Position numbers and translations under genes: made by a program. The notes below the pieces were generated by a model. It did not search any database. It saw only the letters and a program-made list of their open reading frames with translations, and was not told the DNA's origin. A stretch of 64,000 bases of DNA, from contig CBDDCX010000007.1 of assembly GCA_965226375.1 (NCBI GenBank), positions 160,001-224,000 on the forward strand. Reading direction: 5' to 3'. Below, piece by piece: positions 10,481-20,175 of the stretch (within the stretch, counting starts at the first letter, position 1; each line of letters begins with the position of its first letter). The stretch is from Longimicrobiales bacterium. Lineage in GTDB: Bacteria > Gemmatimonadota > Gemmatimonadetes > Longimicrobiales > Gaopeijiaceae.

Positions 10481-10975
10481 TCAGGATCGAGCCCGGCGAG
10501 AAAGAAACGCATAAGCCGCACATCGAAGGGCTTCGACGCTCGCCTCGCCGAGTAGCTTCTCCGCTTCTTCACCGGCCGCCCGCCAATGGGGCATCGCCCG
10601 GTTGAGCATGCTCGTGCCTTCGGGCGTAAGCGTCAGCGTGGTACGGCTCCGCCCCGGCGATCTCGTCCCCTCCACCCAGCCCTTCTCCCGGAGAAACGCC
10701 AATCCGCGACTGACGGTCGACTTGTCCATCTCGAGAAAGTGGCCGATGTCGACCGCCCTCAGGCCGTTCATCGAGGCGATCAACGCGAGCGTGGTCAACT
10801 GATTGACCCGAAGGCCGACAGGATCGAGCGCGTCGTCGTAGATTCGGGTGAGGAGACGATCCAACATTCGGGTCCGACTACAGACGCAGGACCGGAGGAT
10901 CTCCCGCGCCGATCCTTTGTCGACCCGTGCATCCAAATGACTTCGGGCGCCAACGTCCCCGACAACATGCGACAA
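10481..10975 (-). CDS. MarR-family regulator (start uncertain)
   Basis: CVC.RTR...R.LTRIYDDAL..GL...Q, MDKSTVSR, LTPEG. Confidence 0.85.
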   Translation of the reverse strand: MSHVVGDVGARSHLDARVDKGSAREILRSCVCSRTRMLDRLLTRIYDDALDPVGLRVNQLTTLALIASMNGLRAVDIGHFLEMDKSTVSRGLAFLREKGWVEGTRSPGRSRTTLTLTPEGTSMLNRAMPHWRAAGEEAEKLLGEASVEALRCAAYAFLSRRARS

Positions 10976-10987
10976 GTCAACCTCGTT

Positions 10988-11081
10988 GTTGCACTAGCAA
11001 CTTAATGAGTTGTAGATACATCTTCACTAAATCGCTCATGGAAAAAGTTGCAATAGCAATATTATAAGTTGTATGGTCAAC
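10988..11081. promoter_or_regulatory. Four 14-bp GTTG-N6-CAAC-type palindromic operators
   Basis: GTTGCACTAGCAAC 10988, GTTGTAGATACATC 11009, GTTGCAATAGCAAT 11047, GTTGTATGGTCAAC 11068 in the AT-rich divergent intergenic region. Confidence 0.7.
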
Positions 11082-11230
11082 ACACAAGCATGGCGGTGCT
11101 CACTATGCCCTGATCTGCAAGCTCTCGACGAATCCGGCGTATTCATCGCTGCCCGTAGGTAGGAGAGGGGGGATTCGATCCAGGAACCCGGCGTGCCGCT
11201 ATAGAGTTCGACTTGGGAGGTGGTGATTTG

Positions 11231-12079
11231 ATGCGAAGTGCTTTGAGGTATCTGATCGTCCTGGCGTTGTGTGTGACAGCTGTAGCGCCCGATGCCCCGG
11301 CCCAGGAGAGTGGCCAACACTACCTCTTCGTCAGCAGCCGGAACGACAGCTCCGTAAAACGCTTCGACGGTGTGACCGGTGAGTTCATCGACAACTTCAT
11401 CGAGCCTGGAGCAGGCGGTGACCTCTACGTCAGCGGCAGAGGAAACGCTCACATCCTGCGCTTCGACGGCGCGACCGGGGCCTTCCTCGGTGCTTTCACC
11501 TGGGGCTACAGCCTCGACAATCCCACGAAGATGACGTTCGGCCCCGACGGCATGCTCTACGTGAGTCAGTGGGGCATGAAGCACTCGGCTGTGGCAAGGT
11601 TCAACGCCGTCACAGGTCAGTTCGTGGATGAAGCGACGAGCGTGCCTCTTGAAGAGGGCATGGCCCACACCTGGGACGCACAGGGTCGTCTGTACGTCGC
11701 CTCCTACGGAAGTAAGGACGTCAGGCGGTTCGACCCGGAGGGCCGCCTCATCGACGTCTTTGTCACCTCGGAGCATCTGGCAAGTGCCGTCAACCTGTGG
11801 TTCGGAGAGGGCGGGGACCTGTTCGTGGTGGATTGGGAGGCAGGAAGCGTACTCCGGTACGACGGGGCCACCGGCGAGTATATCGGTGTCTTCATCTCCG
11901 GAATGACTCGGAGCGAGGGGGTCACGGTGGGACCGGACGGAGCACTCTACGTCTGTGACTGGCAGGAGAACACGGTAAACCGCTATGACGCGAAGACGGG
12001 CAAGCACCTCGGCGTGTTCGCGGCAGGGGGTGGTATGATTCAGCCCAACGGAGTCGTCTTCAGGACCCTAGAGCGCTAG
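11231..12079 (+). CDS. Secreted Vgb/NHL-type beta-propeller protein
   Basis: Signal peptide ending APA-Q; repeated FGPDG.LYV..RFDG.TG blades. Confidence 0.8.
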   Translation: MRSALRYLIVLALCVTAVAPDAPAQESGQHYLFVSSRNDSSVKRFDGVTGEFIDNFIEPGAGGDLYVSGRGNAHILRFDGATGAFLGAFTWGYSLDNPTKMTFGPDGMLYVSQWGMKHSAVARFNAVTGQFVDEATSVPLEEGMAHTWDAQGRLYVASYGSKDVRRFDPEGRLIDVFVTSEHLASAVNLWFGEGGDLFVVDWEAGSVLRYDGATGEYIGVFISGMTRSEGVTVGPDGALYVCDWQENTVNRYDAKTGKHLGVFAAGGGMIQPNGVVFRTLER

Positions 12080-13250
12080 GACCGTCCAGCTGCGGGACCA
12101 TGAGGGTCAGGGCCAACAGAGCCGTCCTCTCCACCAGCTTGTCGATGTTCACATACTCGTGCTCCGCGTGAGCACCGTCGCCCACGGCCCCCAGTCCATC
12201 GACCGTAGCGGTATGAAGGCTAGTGATGTTGCCGTCCGAGGCACCCCCGGACATCCCCTGAACCAGCTCGACGCCCATCTCGAGTCCACACTCCCGGACC
12301 GCGTTCCAGAGGGCCACGTTGCGCGGCGTGGCCTCCATGGGAGCCCGATCGACCGCCCCCTCGATCTCCAGGCGGCTGCCGGGGGTCTCGGCCTCGAGCC
12401 CACGGATCGCCTCCTCCACCGCGCGGGCGTCCGCGATGGTGGTCACGCGCACGTCCAGCTCGGCGCGACACTCCGCGGCTACGACATTACCCCGAGTACC
12501 GCCTGTGACCGTGCCCACGTTCATGGCGATGCCCCTGTCCCAGTCCGTGAGTCCGTGGAGGAACTGGATCACATGGGACATCTCATGGATGGCGCTGGCC
12601 CCTTCCTCCGGGGCTAGGCCGGAGTGAGAGGCCTTGCCCACCACCCGGATGTGGAACTGCCCCACGCCCCGCCGGGTGGTCTTGATCCGGCCGTCGGGAC
12701 CGAGGGCGGGCTCCATCACCAGCACGCGACTCGCACTCTTGGCCAGACGCTCCACATGATCGTGTGATTCCGGGCTGCCGATCTCCTCGTCGGAGTTCAG
12801 GAATACGACTGGGGTTACTTCAGGTTGCAGACCCAGATCGGCGAGTGCGCGGAGAGCGAACACCATCTGAACGACGCCGCCCTTCATGTCGAAGACTCCG
12901 GGCCCACGGACCACGCCCTGTGCTTCGTCGACCTCGACAGGCATCCGTTCCAGCGTCCCCAGAGGCCAAACCGTGTCCGTGTGCCCGAGCAGAATCTGGA
13001 TCGGTCCCTGACCCTCCTCGTGTCCCCCGGGCGACAGGAGGATGTGTCCTCCGGTCTTCTGGCCCGGGACGCGAGTGGCCTCGAACCCAGACTCCTCGAG
13101 CGAGTGTGCCACGAGATCCTGCACGGGGAGTTGAGTCTCCGGGACGAGCGACGGGGACTCCAGGTTGGCCATATCGACCAGCAGCTTCACGATCGCCCCC
13201 CGGCGATCGGACATGAACTCGATGATCCGTCCAGCCACCGGATCCGTCAT
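12060..13250 (-). CDS. M20 metallopeptidase/deacylase (carboxypeptidase G2-like)
   Basis: GHTDTV, GPGVFDMKGG, SDEEIGS, MEP, GGASDGN, GAHAEHE. Confidence 0.9.
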   Translation of the reverse strand: MTDPVAGRIIEFMSDRRGAIVKLLVDMANLESPSLVPETQLPVQDLVAHSLEESGFEATRVPGQKTGGHILLSPGGHEEGQGPIQILLGHTDTVWPLGTLERMPVEVDEAQGVVRGPGVFDMKGGVVQMVFALRALADLGLQPEVTPVVFLNSDEEIGSPESHDHVERLAKSASRVLVMEPALGPDGRIKTTRRGVGQFHIRVVGKASHSGLAPEEGASAIHEMSHVIQFLHGLTDWDRGIAMNVGTVTGGTRGNVVAAECRAELDVRVTTIADARAVEEAIRGLEAETPGSRLEIEGAVDRAPMEATPRNVALWNAVRECGLEMGVELVQGMSGGASDGNITSLHTATVDGLGAVGDGAHAEHEYVNIDKLVERTALLALTLMVPQLDGPSALGS

Positions 13251-13281
13251 GCCCCACTCCCGTTACGGATGTCCGGTCTCT

Positions 13282-14607
13282 TCATCGATAGAACCCCGCT
13301 CGCTCGTAGCTCTCGTCCAGAAGCTCCACCGGATGAAGCGCCGTGATCGGAGAGCCCCTGAGCATCAGACCGGCGCCGATCTGCATGATGCAGCCGGGGT
13401 TGGCGGTCACCACAACGTCCACTCCGGTCTCGACCACCGCGCTCACCTTGTCCGAACCGATCCGCCCGCCGAGTTCGGGGTGGGTCATGCCGTAGATGCC
13501 CGCTCCGCCGCAGCACTCCTCTTCGCCGGGCAACGGCACGAGGTCCAGGTCGGGAATCGCCTCGAGCATGGCCCGAGGTGCCTCTTTGAGCCGCTGTGCG
13601 TGGCAGAGGTGGCAGGCGGCGTCATAGGTGACTCGACGAGCGACCGGCGCCCCACGCCGCACACCGGCCTCCGCCAAGAGCTCCGAGAGGTCGCGTGAGA
13701 TGCCGGCGAGCTGCACGGCCGCTTCAGCATACTTCGAGTCGTCACCGAGAAGGTGCCCATACTCTTTCAACGCCATGCCGCATCCCGCCGCGTTCACTAC
13801 CACGAAATCGACCTTCGAGTTCAGGAGGGCATCGACGTTTGATCGAGCCAACCGTCGAGCGCTCTCGGCGTCGCCGGCGTGCGAATGCAGGGCTCCACAA
13901 CACTGCTGGCCCGCCACATGGACGATCTCGAAGCCGTTCGCCCGGAGGACCCGTTCGGTAGCGTCGTTCACTCGGGCGAAGAGACCCGCTTGCACACAGC
14001 CCGTGAGCAGCGCCACCCGCGGAGAGCGCTCGGGGGTCGCCTCAGTGGCCGGCGCTTCGTCGACGGGAGCCGTCTCATTCGAGGGGGGCGTGGGCGCGAG
14101 GGCGGGCAGGCGCGACGCCCGGCTGGCCGCAAGCATGGCGAATCCGAACCGCACGGGGTGGAGTAACCGCACCCCTGGGGTCAGTTTGGCCCCGAGCCAC
14201 GCCAGCCCGAAACCACGGGTCATCCGTGCCAAGCTCATGCTCCAGCGCAGCAGAACACGTCGCTTGAATACGGACAAGAGCGCCCGGGCGGGGACGCTCG
14301 GCTTGCGAGCCTGGAAGGCCGTTTCGCGCGCACTCTCGAGCAGGAGTCCGTATTCCACGCCTGAGGGGCACACCGGCTCGCATGCCCTGCACCCCAAACA
14401 GCGATCGATGTGAGTCTGAAATGCGTCCGACGACGGGGAGAGCCTCCCCTCGACCACGGCACGCATCAGATACAGCCTACCGCGCGGCGAGTCGTTCTCG
14501 TCTCCGAGTCGGACGTACGTGGGACAAGCAGGGAGGCAGAAGCCGCAGTGCACACACGGGAGCAGGCGCTCTTCCTGTGCCTTGAGGGCATTGGCCAGCC
14601 GTGTCAC
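13282..14607 (-). CDS. glcF: Glycolate/D-lactate oxidase Fe-S subunit
   Basis: CVHCGFCLPACP, CLGCRACEPVCP, two CCG domains, TANPGC. Confidence 0.9.
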   Translation of the reverse strand: MTRLANALKAQEERLLPCVHCGFCLPACPTYVRLGDENDSPRGRLYLMRAVVEGRLSPSSDAFQTHIDRCLGCRACEPVCPSGVEYGLLLESARETAFQARKPSVPARALLSVFKRRVLLRWSMSLARMTRGFGLAWLGAKLTPGVRLLHPVRFGFAMLAASRASRLPALAPTPPSNETAPVDEAPATEATPERSPRVALLTGCVQAGLFARVNDATERVLRANGFEIVHVAGQQCCGALHSHAGDAESARRLARSNVDALLNSKVDFVVVNAAGCGMALKEYGHLLGDDSKYAEAAVQLAGISRDLSELLAEAGVRRGAPVARRVTYDAACHLCHAQRLKEAPRAMLEAIPDLDLVPLPGEEECCGGAGIYGMTHPELGGRIGSDKVSAVVETGVDVVVTANPGCIMQIGAGLMLRGSPITALHPVELLDESYERAGFYR

Positions 14608-15917
14608 GAGATCAACCTTCCGGGGGTCAGGATCGATGCCGGATCGAACTCTCTCTGAAGATCTCGCATGAGATCCGTCGCGGAGCCGGCCTCTCCCCAG
14701 GCTCCCATGCTCTGCACGACCTCTAGTGGCCCCTGCGAGATGACCATGCTCCCGCCCTCCGATTCGAGTGAGATTCTAAGGCCGGCCAGGGCGGCGACGG
14801 CAGCCTCCAGCCATCCCTCCCGTCTGTGCACGCGGGCCATCATCACACGCAACACTCCGGTCTGAGCATGCGCCGCCATGCGCGTTCCCCAGCCGACATC
14901 CGGATCGGCAATCTCCCCGAGACCCAGGGCCATCTCCACGAGATCCGACAGCCTGGACGGAAGGAGGCTCAGCCGGAGCACCAGCTCCGCACCGTCCTCC
15001 AAGGCCCGGACATTCTCGAAGATGGCGTGGGAGTCAGGGCCCTCCATGCGGGCGATCGGTGCGGCGTCCGCCCGTTCACAGACCCAACGATCGACGACTT
15101 CGGCCGCATCAGGCGACTCCAGGATCCGGACGGCAACCAGCGGCGCCGTGCTTCGATCTCCCTCCTCGCGATCGCCGGGTACCAGCACCTCCACGGCCGC
15201 GAGCGAGACCGGCGCTCCCGCGATGGCACGGGCCAGGCTCGCCGCCGACAGGACATCGGGGCTCTGAAACAACAGCGTGCGGTCGAGATCCGGCACAGGG
15301 TGCAACCGCGTCGTCACCGACGTGATCACCCCCAGCGTGCCCCAGCTCCCGAGCGCCAGCTTGAGCAGATCGAAGCCGGCAACGTTCTTCACGACCTTTC
15401 CCCCCAGCCTGAGGAGACGGCCGTCTCCGGTGACCAGTGTGACCCCGAGCACATGCTCCCGAGGCGTGCCGAAGCCGGCTTGAAGCGGCCCCGCCGACCC
15501 TGTGCTGACCGTGGCCCCGAGGCTCCCGTGCATGGCACCGGGTGGGTCGAGGGGGAGCCACTGGCGCCCGTCGAGGACACACCGGGAGACGAGGTCGAGT
15601 CCGATCCCCGCCTGCGCCGTGATGAACAGGTCGTCGGGCTCGTAGGCGAGCACCCGGTCCATACGGGTGGTACTGATCACCACGTCCACGCTCTCCGGGG
15701 GGTGACCGCTCCTGAGCCAGGTGCCCTTGCCACTCGGCACGCATTTCCACCCCTCGGCACTGGCCATACTCAAGACCTGTGCGACCTCGTATTCGCCCTC
15801 GGGAAAAACCACCGCCTGGGGTACCCGGTCGCTCACGGCCCAAGCCTCTGCGCGAAAGCCCTCCACCACTTCGCCCTCGGGCAGTTGGCTCGCCAGGAGT
15901 GCGGCAATCGGGTTCAC
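14604..15917 (-). CDS. glcE: Glycolate oxidase FAD-binding subunit
   Basis: YEPDDL, LPLDPP, GGKVVKNVAGFDL, GSWGTLG; GTG start overlaps the glcD stop. Confidence 0.85.
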   Translation of the reverse strand: MNPIAALLASQLPEGEVVEGFRAEAWAVSDRVPQAVVFPEGEYEVAQVLSMASAEGWKCVPSGKGTWLRSGHPPESVDVVISTTRMDRVLAYEPDDLFITAQAGIGLDLVSRCVLDGRQWLPLDPPGAMHGSLGATVSTGSAGPLQAGFGTPREHVLGVTLVTGDGRLLRLGGKVVKNVAGFDLLKLALGSWGTLGVITSVTTRLHPVPDLDRTLLFQSPDVLSAASLARAIAGAPVSLAAVEVLVPGDREEGDRSTAPLVAVRILESPDAAEVVDRWVCERADAAPIARMEGPDSHAIFENVRALEDGAELVLRLSLLPSRLSDLVEMALGLGEIADPDVGWGTRMAAHAQTGVLRVMMARVHRREGWLEAAVAALAGLRISLESEGGSMVISQGPLEVVQSMGAWGEAGSATDLMRDLQREFDPASILTPGRLIS

Positions 15918-17329
15918 GGCGCGGCTTCGAACAGCTCGGGGAGTACCTTGCCCGGGTTCATGTTGCCCCGGGGATCGAACACGGACTTGACCCGGCGCAT
16001 GGCATCGATCTCCTGCGGGCTGTGCACCAACGACATGTACTGGCGCTTGTCCAAGCCCACTCCGTGCTCTCCCGTGATCGTTCCTCCCACCTCGACGCAT
16101 AGAGCCATGATTTCCTTAGAGGCGAGTTCGACCCGGGCGAGCTGGTCGGCATCGCTACGGTCGAAGAGGATGTTGGGATGCAGGTTGCCGTCTCCCGCGT
16201 GGAAGACGTTGGCCACGGTCAGTTCGTACCGCTCGCCGATCTCCGAAATCCGCGCCAGAACGTCCGGCAGAAGACTCCTGGGGACGGTAGCGTCCTGAAC
16301 GAGCAGATCCGTGGCGATGCGGCCCATGGCGCCGAACGCCTTCTTGCGTCCCTGCCACAGCGCCAGCCGCTCCTGCTCCGACTCCGCCGTGCGGACGTCC
16401 CTAGCGCCGGCTTCACGGCAGTGGACCGCGGACCGCTCGACATCGGCTCCGAGTCCGGCTTCCACCCCGTCGAACTCGATGACGAGCGCAGCCTCTGCAT
16501 CGACCGGATAGCCTCCTGCATAGACGCTGGCCTCTACCGCCCGGATGGTCGGACCGTCGATGATCTCGAGCGCCGCCGGCAGGAGGCCGTCTGCGATGAT
16601 CCTGGTCACGGCTCTCCCGGCGTCCTCGAGGCTGTCGAAGATGCCGAGGAGCGTCCGGACCGACTCGGGCTTTGGGAGAAGGCGCACCTCGATCTCCGTA
16701 GCAATGCCGAAGCATCCCTCGGATCCCACGAAGAGCCCCACCAGATCGTAGCCCCCGGACTCCCGTCCGAAGCCCCCGATACGCGAGACCTGACCCTCGT
16801 ACGTCACGATGGTGAGGCCGGTGACGTACCGGGAGGTTACTCCGTACTTCAGGCAGTGCGGGCCTCCCGAGTTCTCCGCCACGTTGCCACCGAGTGTGCA
16901 GGCGCTTTGCGAGGACGGGTCGGGTGCGTAGTAGAGCCCGAACGGGGCAGCGGCATCTGTAAGATGCGCGTTGATCACACCGGTCTGGACCAGCGCCAGA
17001 CGGTTCTCGGCGTCCACCTCGAGAATCCGGTTCATGCGCGCCGTCCCGACCACGACGCCGCCCTCACCGGCGAGAGCACCTCCGGACAAGCCGGTCCCCG
17101 CACCCCGGGGCACGACAGGCACGCCTTCCTTCGAGAGGAGCTGGAGGACGCGGCTCACCTCATCCGTGTCCTTGGGGAGAACCACGGCCGTCGGCGGCAT
17201 GCGGTAGGCGGTGAGGCCGTCGGACTCGTAGGCCAAAAGGCGACCCGGGTCGGAGATGACCCAGTCCTCTCCGACGATGCCTTTGAGTTGCGCTTCGAGT
17301 GAATGCTCTAGAGGCAACTGCGTCCCCAT
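15914..17329 (-). CDS. glcD: Glycolate oxidase FAD-linked subunit
   Basis: PRGAGTGLSGG, APDPSS, NSGGPHCLKYG, HAGDGNLHP, GEHGVG. Confidence 0.93.
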   Translation of the reverse strand: MGTQLPLEHSLEAQLKGIVGEDWVISDPGRLLAYESDGLTAYRMPPTAVVLPKDTDEVSRVLQLLSKEGVPVVPRGAGTGLSGGALAGEGGVVVGTARMNRILEVDAENRLALVQTGVINAHLTDAAAPFGLYYAPDPSSQSACTLGGNVAENSGGPHCLKYGVTSRYVTGLTIVTYEGQVSRIGGFGRESGGYDLVGLFVGSEGCFGIATEIEVRLLPKPESVRTLLGIFDSLEDAGRAVTRIIADGLLPAALEIIDGPTIRAVEASVYAGGYPVDAEAALVIEFDGVEAGLGADVERSAVHCREAGARDVRTAESEQERLALWQGRKKAFGAMGRIATDLLVQDATVPRSLLPDVLARISEIGERYELTVANVFHAGDGNLHPNILFDRSDADQLARVELASKEIMALCVEVGGTITGEHGVGLDKRQYMSLVHSPQEIDAMRRVKSVFDPRGNMNPGKVLPELFEAAP

Positions 17330-17539
17330 GTGTTCGGTGGATTATCGGCCCTATCGCTGACGCCCGGCTCCGGGTTCGCACCCGCTAAACCAGAGTAATC
17401 CACCCACACTGGTTAAGACAGGCACAGCTGCAGGGATGCAGGGGCCGCGATCAACCCCGTCGGGCTTCTGTCCCTGGCAGTCTACGCGCCCGCGGCGTGG
17501 CGCTTGTGGCTACGCACAGGCTAGCCGCATCTTGCGGCT

Positions 17540-17653
17540 ATGTCTGACGCTGTCCCCCGCCTCAATGCGGCCTTGGAAGGCCGATACGCCATCGAGCGCG
17601 AGCTGGGCGAACGGGGCATCGCCCAGGAGCTGAAGCGGTTGGTGCCAAATTGA
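17540..17653 (+). pseudogene. Ser/Thr kinase remnant: N-terminus fused to extreme C-terminus
   Basis: MSDAVPRLNAALEGRYAIERELGERGIAQELKRLVPN*; RYAIERELG is the lead-in to kinase subdomain I. Confidence 0.7.
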
Positions 17654-18330
17654 ACCGTCAGGTCCCTTGGCTGCGCGTCTTCGTGGAAGGCGTGGTGATC
17701 GTAGGGTCGATTCTGCTTGCTTTCGGGATTCAGGCATGGTGGGACGGTCGGGTTGACCGCAGCGAAGAGACGGAATCGCTCGAAGCGTTACACGCCGACT
17801 TCTTGGGTACCATTGAGGAACTGAATCGCACCGCAGGATTGCACCGAGGTAGGCTCGACGCGGCATCAACGTTGCTCGGCACCCCTGAGGCGGATCTCCA
17901 AGCACTCGGCCAGGACTCACTCGGATACTTGGTCAGCAGGTCGGGTTGGAGAACTACCATCGACCCTCCACTCGCCACGCTCAGTGGCCTCATAGCCTCC
18001 GGCCAACTATCGCTCATTTCGGACAAGCTGTTGCGCGCGAAGCTCGCGCAGTGGAACGGGCTCCTCGACGACCACGAGGCCGCGCAGGAACTGCTCGTAA
18101 CGGTTCTAACCAACCAGTACGCTCCTTGGTTGCGCTCGCGTGTGTTGGTGGAGGCAGACGATCTTCGCTCGGTACGAGTCAAGCCCGACCACGATCCTCT
18201 CTTCGAGGACTTCGCGTTCGACAACCAGCTCATTCAGGTCGTAGGCGGCACGGAACGGCTCCTGGCGGACCTCGAGCTTCTGACCGTTTCGGCCGAGGAG
18301 ATTGTCGAGATGCTCGAGCGAGCCCGGTAG
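17650..18330 (+). CDS. Hypothetical membrane-anchored helical protein
   Basis: EGVVIVGSILLAFGIQAWW TM anchor followed by coiled coil; TTG start overlaps the remnant's stop. Confidence 0.7.
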   Translation: MNRQVPWLRVFVEGVVIVGSILLAFGIQAWWDGRVDRSEETESLEALHADFLGTIEELNRTAGLHRGRLDAASTLLGTPEADLQALGQDSLGYLVSRSGWRTTIDPPLATLSGLIASGQLSLISDKLLRAKLAQWNGLLDDHEAAQELLVTVLTNQYAPWLRSRVLVEADDLRSVRVKPDHDPLFEDFAFDNQLIQVVGGTERLLADLELLTVSAEEIVEMLERAR

Positions 18331-18344
18331 GTCGGTACTCAGCC

Positions 18345-18617
18345 TCACCCCTCGATCCTCGCACCCGTGAACTCGATGGTGCCCATCATCGGCGAGCTGA
18401 GGGTGCCGCTCACATCGTTCCCTTCAACCGTCGCCTCCCACGCGACACCGATGCCTTGTCCGTCGCCCTGGTTGCGGGCCATGGCGGTAAAGGATGCCGT
18501 CCATCCCTCGACCTTGCCGTCTTGGATGGGTGTCTTGTTTCGGCCCTCCACGAGGCCAGCGACCTCGCACTCGGTCTGCTCGAGGGTGAGCGTCAGGCCC
18601 CGAGCCGCAAGTTCCAT
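18345..18617 (-). CDS. Small beta-rich hypothetical protein, possibly 5'-truncated
   Basis: TLTLEQ...IQDGKVEG...ATVEGN..SGT..FTGAR pattern; upstream RBS and ATGs are out of frame. Confidence 0.45.
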   Translation of the reverse strand: MELAARGLTLTLEQTECEVAGLVEGRNKTPIQDGKVEGWTASFTAMARNQGDGQGIGVAWEATVEGNDVSGTLSSPMMGTIEFTGARIEG

Positions 18618-18822
18618 GCGAGCCAGGGGGGCCTTGGATTCGTTCTCTTCATGTATTCATCTCCTATCATGAGTTCGATTGCACGGTTTGATCTCTTCTC
18701 GTGCAAGAGGGTTGCTCGTTGAGCGCTCTCGGTGAAGCAGGATCGATGCGGTTGCACGTGGGCGGTAACTATGGACGTCCCGGAGGGCTTTCGGCTTGCG
18801 CTTCCCGGCCCGCGGATAACGG

Positions 18823-19548
18823 CTAGTCCAGAAACTCCCGAATCGCCGCCACGCTCATCGAAGCGGCAGATTCCAGCCCACGCGCAATCGTATCCCCATA
18901 GATCTCAGCCACCAACTCGTCCGTGGTAGCCTCTGGGTGGACGGCCAACAGGCCCTCCACCTGGCGAATCCTCACCCGACGATGAGCCTCGAACGTATCC
19001 AACGTGGCGCCGGGATTTTCGATCGCGGGCCCATGACCCGGATACAGCGTGCGAAACCCCATCCCACGTAGCCGATCTAGCGACTCCAGATAATCGGCCA
19101 CACACCCTTCATACTCACCGACCCACGTGGTCTCACCCTGCCCCAGCACGACATCCCCGGGAAACCCCGCCTCCGCCTCGATCCAGTGAAAAGTCACGTG
19201 CTCCCGGCTGTGTCCGGGCGTATCCACGCTCGTAATTCGCCCCTGGTCGGTCTCGACTATCTCAGAGACCCCCACCGCCCTCGCGCCCGGAATTCCCACA
19301 CCCAAAATCTCGGCCCCGCACTCCCGAGCCACCGCCTCCGCCGCCCCCGAATGATCCGCATGCCCATGCGTGAGCAGCACCCAAACCTGCTCCGCCTCCG
19401 CCACCGCACGCACGACGGCCCGAACGTGGCTGTCCACATAAGGGCCGGGATCGATGATGGCCACTCGCTTGTGGCCCACCAGATATGTGCGGGTCCCGTC
19501 CAGGGTAAAGGGACCCGGGTTGTCAGCTACGATGCAGCGGGGCCTCAC
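18823..19548 (-). CDS. MBL-fold hydrolase (LACTB2-like)
   Basis: NPGPFTLDGT, IDPGP, THGHADH, TPGH, PGHG. Confidence 0.88.
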   Translation of the reverse strand: MRPRCIVADNPGPFTLDGTRTYLVGHKRVAIIDPGPYVDSHVRAVVRAVAEAEQVWVLLTHGHADHSGAAEAVARECGAEILGVGIPGARAVGVSEIVETDQGRITSVDTPGHSREHVTFHWIEAEAGFPGDVVLGQGETTWVGEYEGCVADYLESLDRLRGMGFRTLYPGHGPAIENPGATLDTFEAHRRVRIRQVEGLLAVHPEATTDELVAEIYGDTIARGLESAASMSVAAIREFLD

Positions 19549-19557
19549 GGGCTGTTG

Positions 19558-20031
19558 TTAGCGGCGCTCCGCAGCCAACTGCTCGGCCAACTTGTCGGCC
19601 ACCATCTGTAGGGCGGTGTCGTCGTCATCCGTGAATGCCGCGGCGGTTCTACTGTCGAGGTCGATCTGTCCGAAGATGGCGTCGCCAGCCCGAATCAGCA
19701 CGACCATCTCGGACTTGACCCTGGGATCACAAGCGATGTAGTGGTCCACGGCGCTCACGTCGGGGACGTTGACGTTTTCACCGGTGGCGATCGCTGTGCC
19801 ACACACACCCTCCCCCACCGGGATCTTGGCATGGGTCGTCGGCTTTCCCACGTAGTTGTGGAGCCAGAGCACGTTCTCTTCGGTGTTCAGGAGATAGACG
19901 CCCACCCAGTCGAGTCGATCCTTGTCGGATGAGCTGATGCCCTTCACGGCATGGCGAAGCAAAGCATCCGAGAGAAATCCATCGTCCCTCAGTGTCTGAA
20001 GCTCGCCTACCAGTTCGTTGACTTCTAACAT
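19558..20031 (-). CDS. GAF-domain protein, free Met-R-sulfoxide reductase-like
   Basis: DWVGVY, GEGVCGTA, YIACD..SE, GQIDLDS. Confidence 0.8.
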   Translation of the reverse strand: MLEVNELVGELQTLRDDGFLSDALLRHAVKGISSSDKDRLDWVGVYLLNTEENVLWLHNYVGKPTTHAKIPVGEGVCGTAIATGENVNVPDVSAVDHYIACDPRVKSEMVVLIRAGDAIFGQIDLDSRTAAAFTDDDDTALQMVADKLAEQLAAERR

Positions 20032-20175
20032 TCGGTTCAGTTCCAGTTCTGTGACAAATGGGGAAATCCCCAGGTTTCCAGCGGCCTTGCTGGACCGGAA
20101 GGGTAGAAGAGAGCCCCCGCAGGGTCAAGGCGCCGCGAGGCAGTCCCGCAGCCCCGATTGAAGCCCATCTCAGCT

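Noticed and set aside
17388..17414. Inverted repeat AACCAGAGT/ACACTGGTT upstream of glcD as an operator
   Set aside because: Single imperfect copy and no cognate regulator in the window; too weak to call
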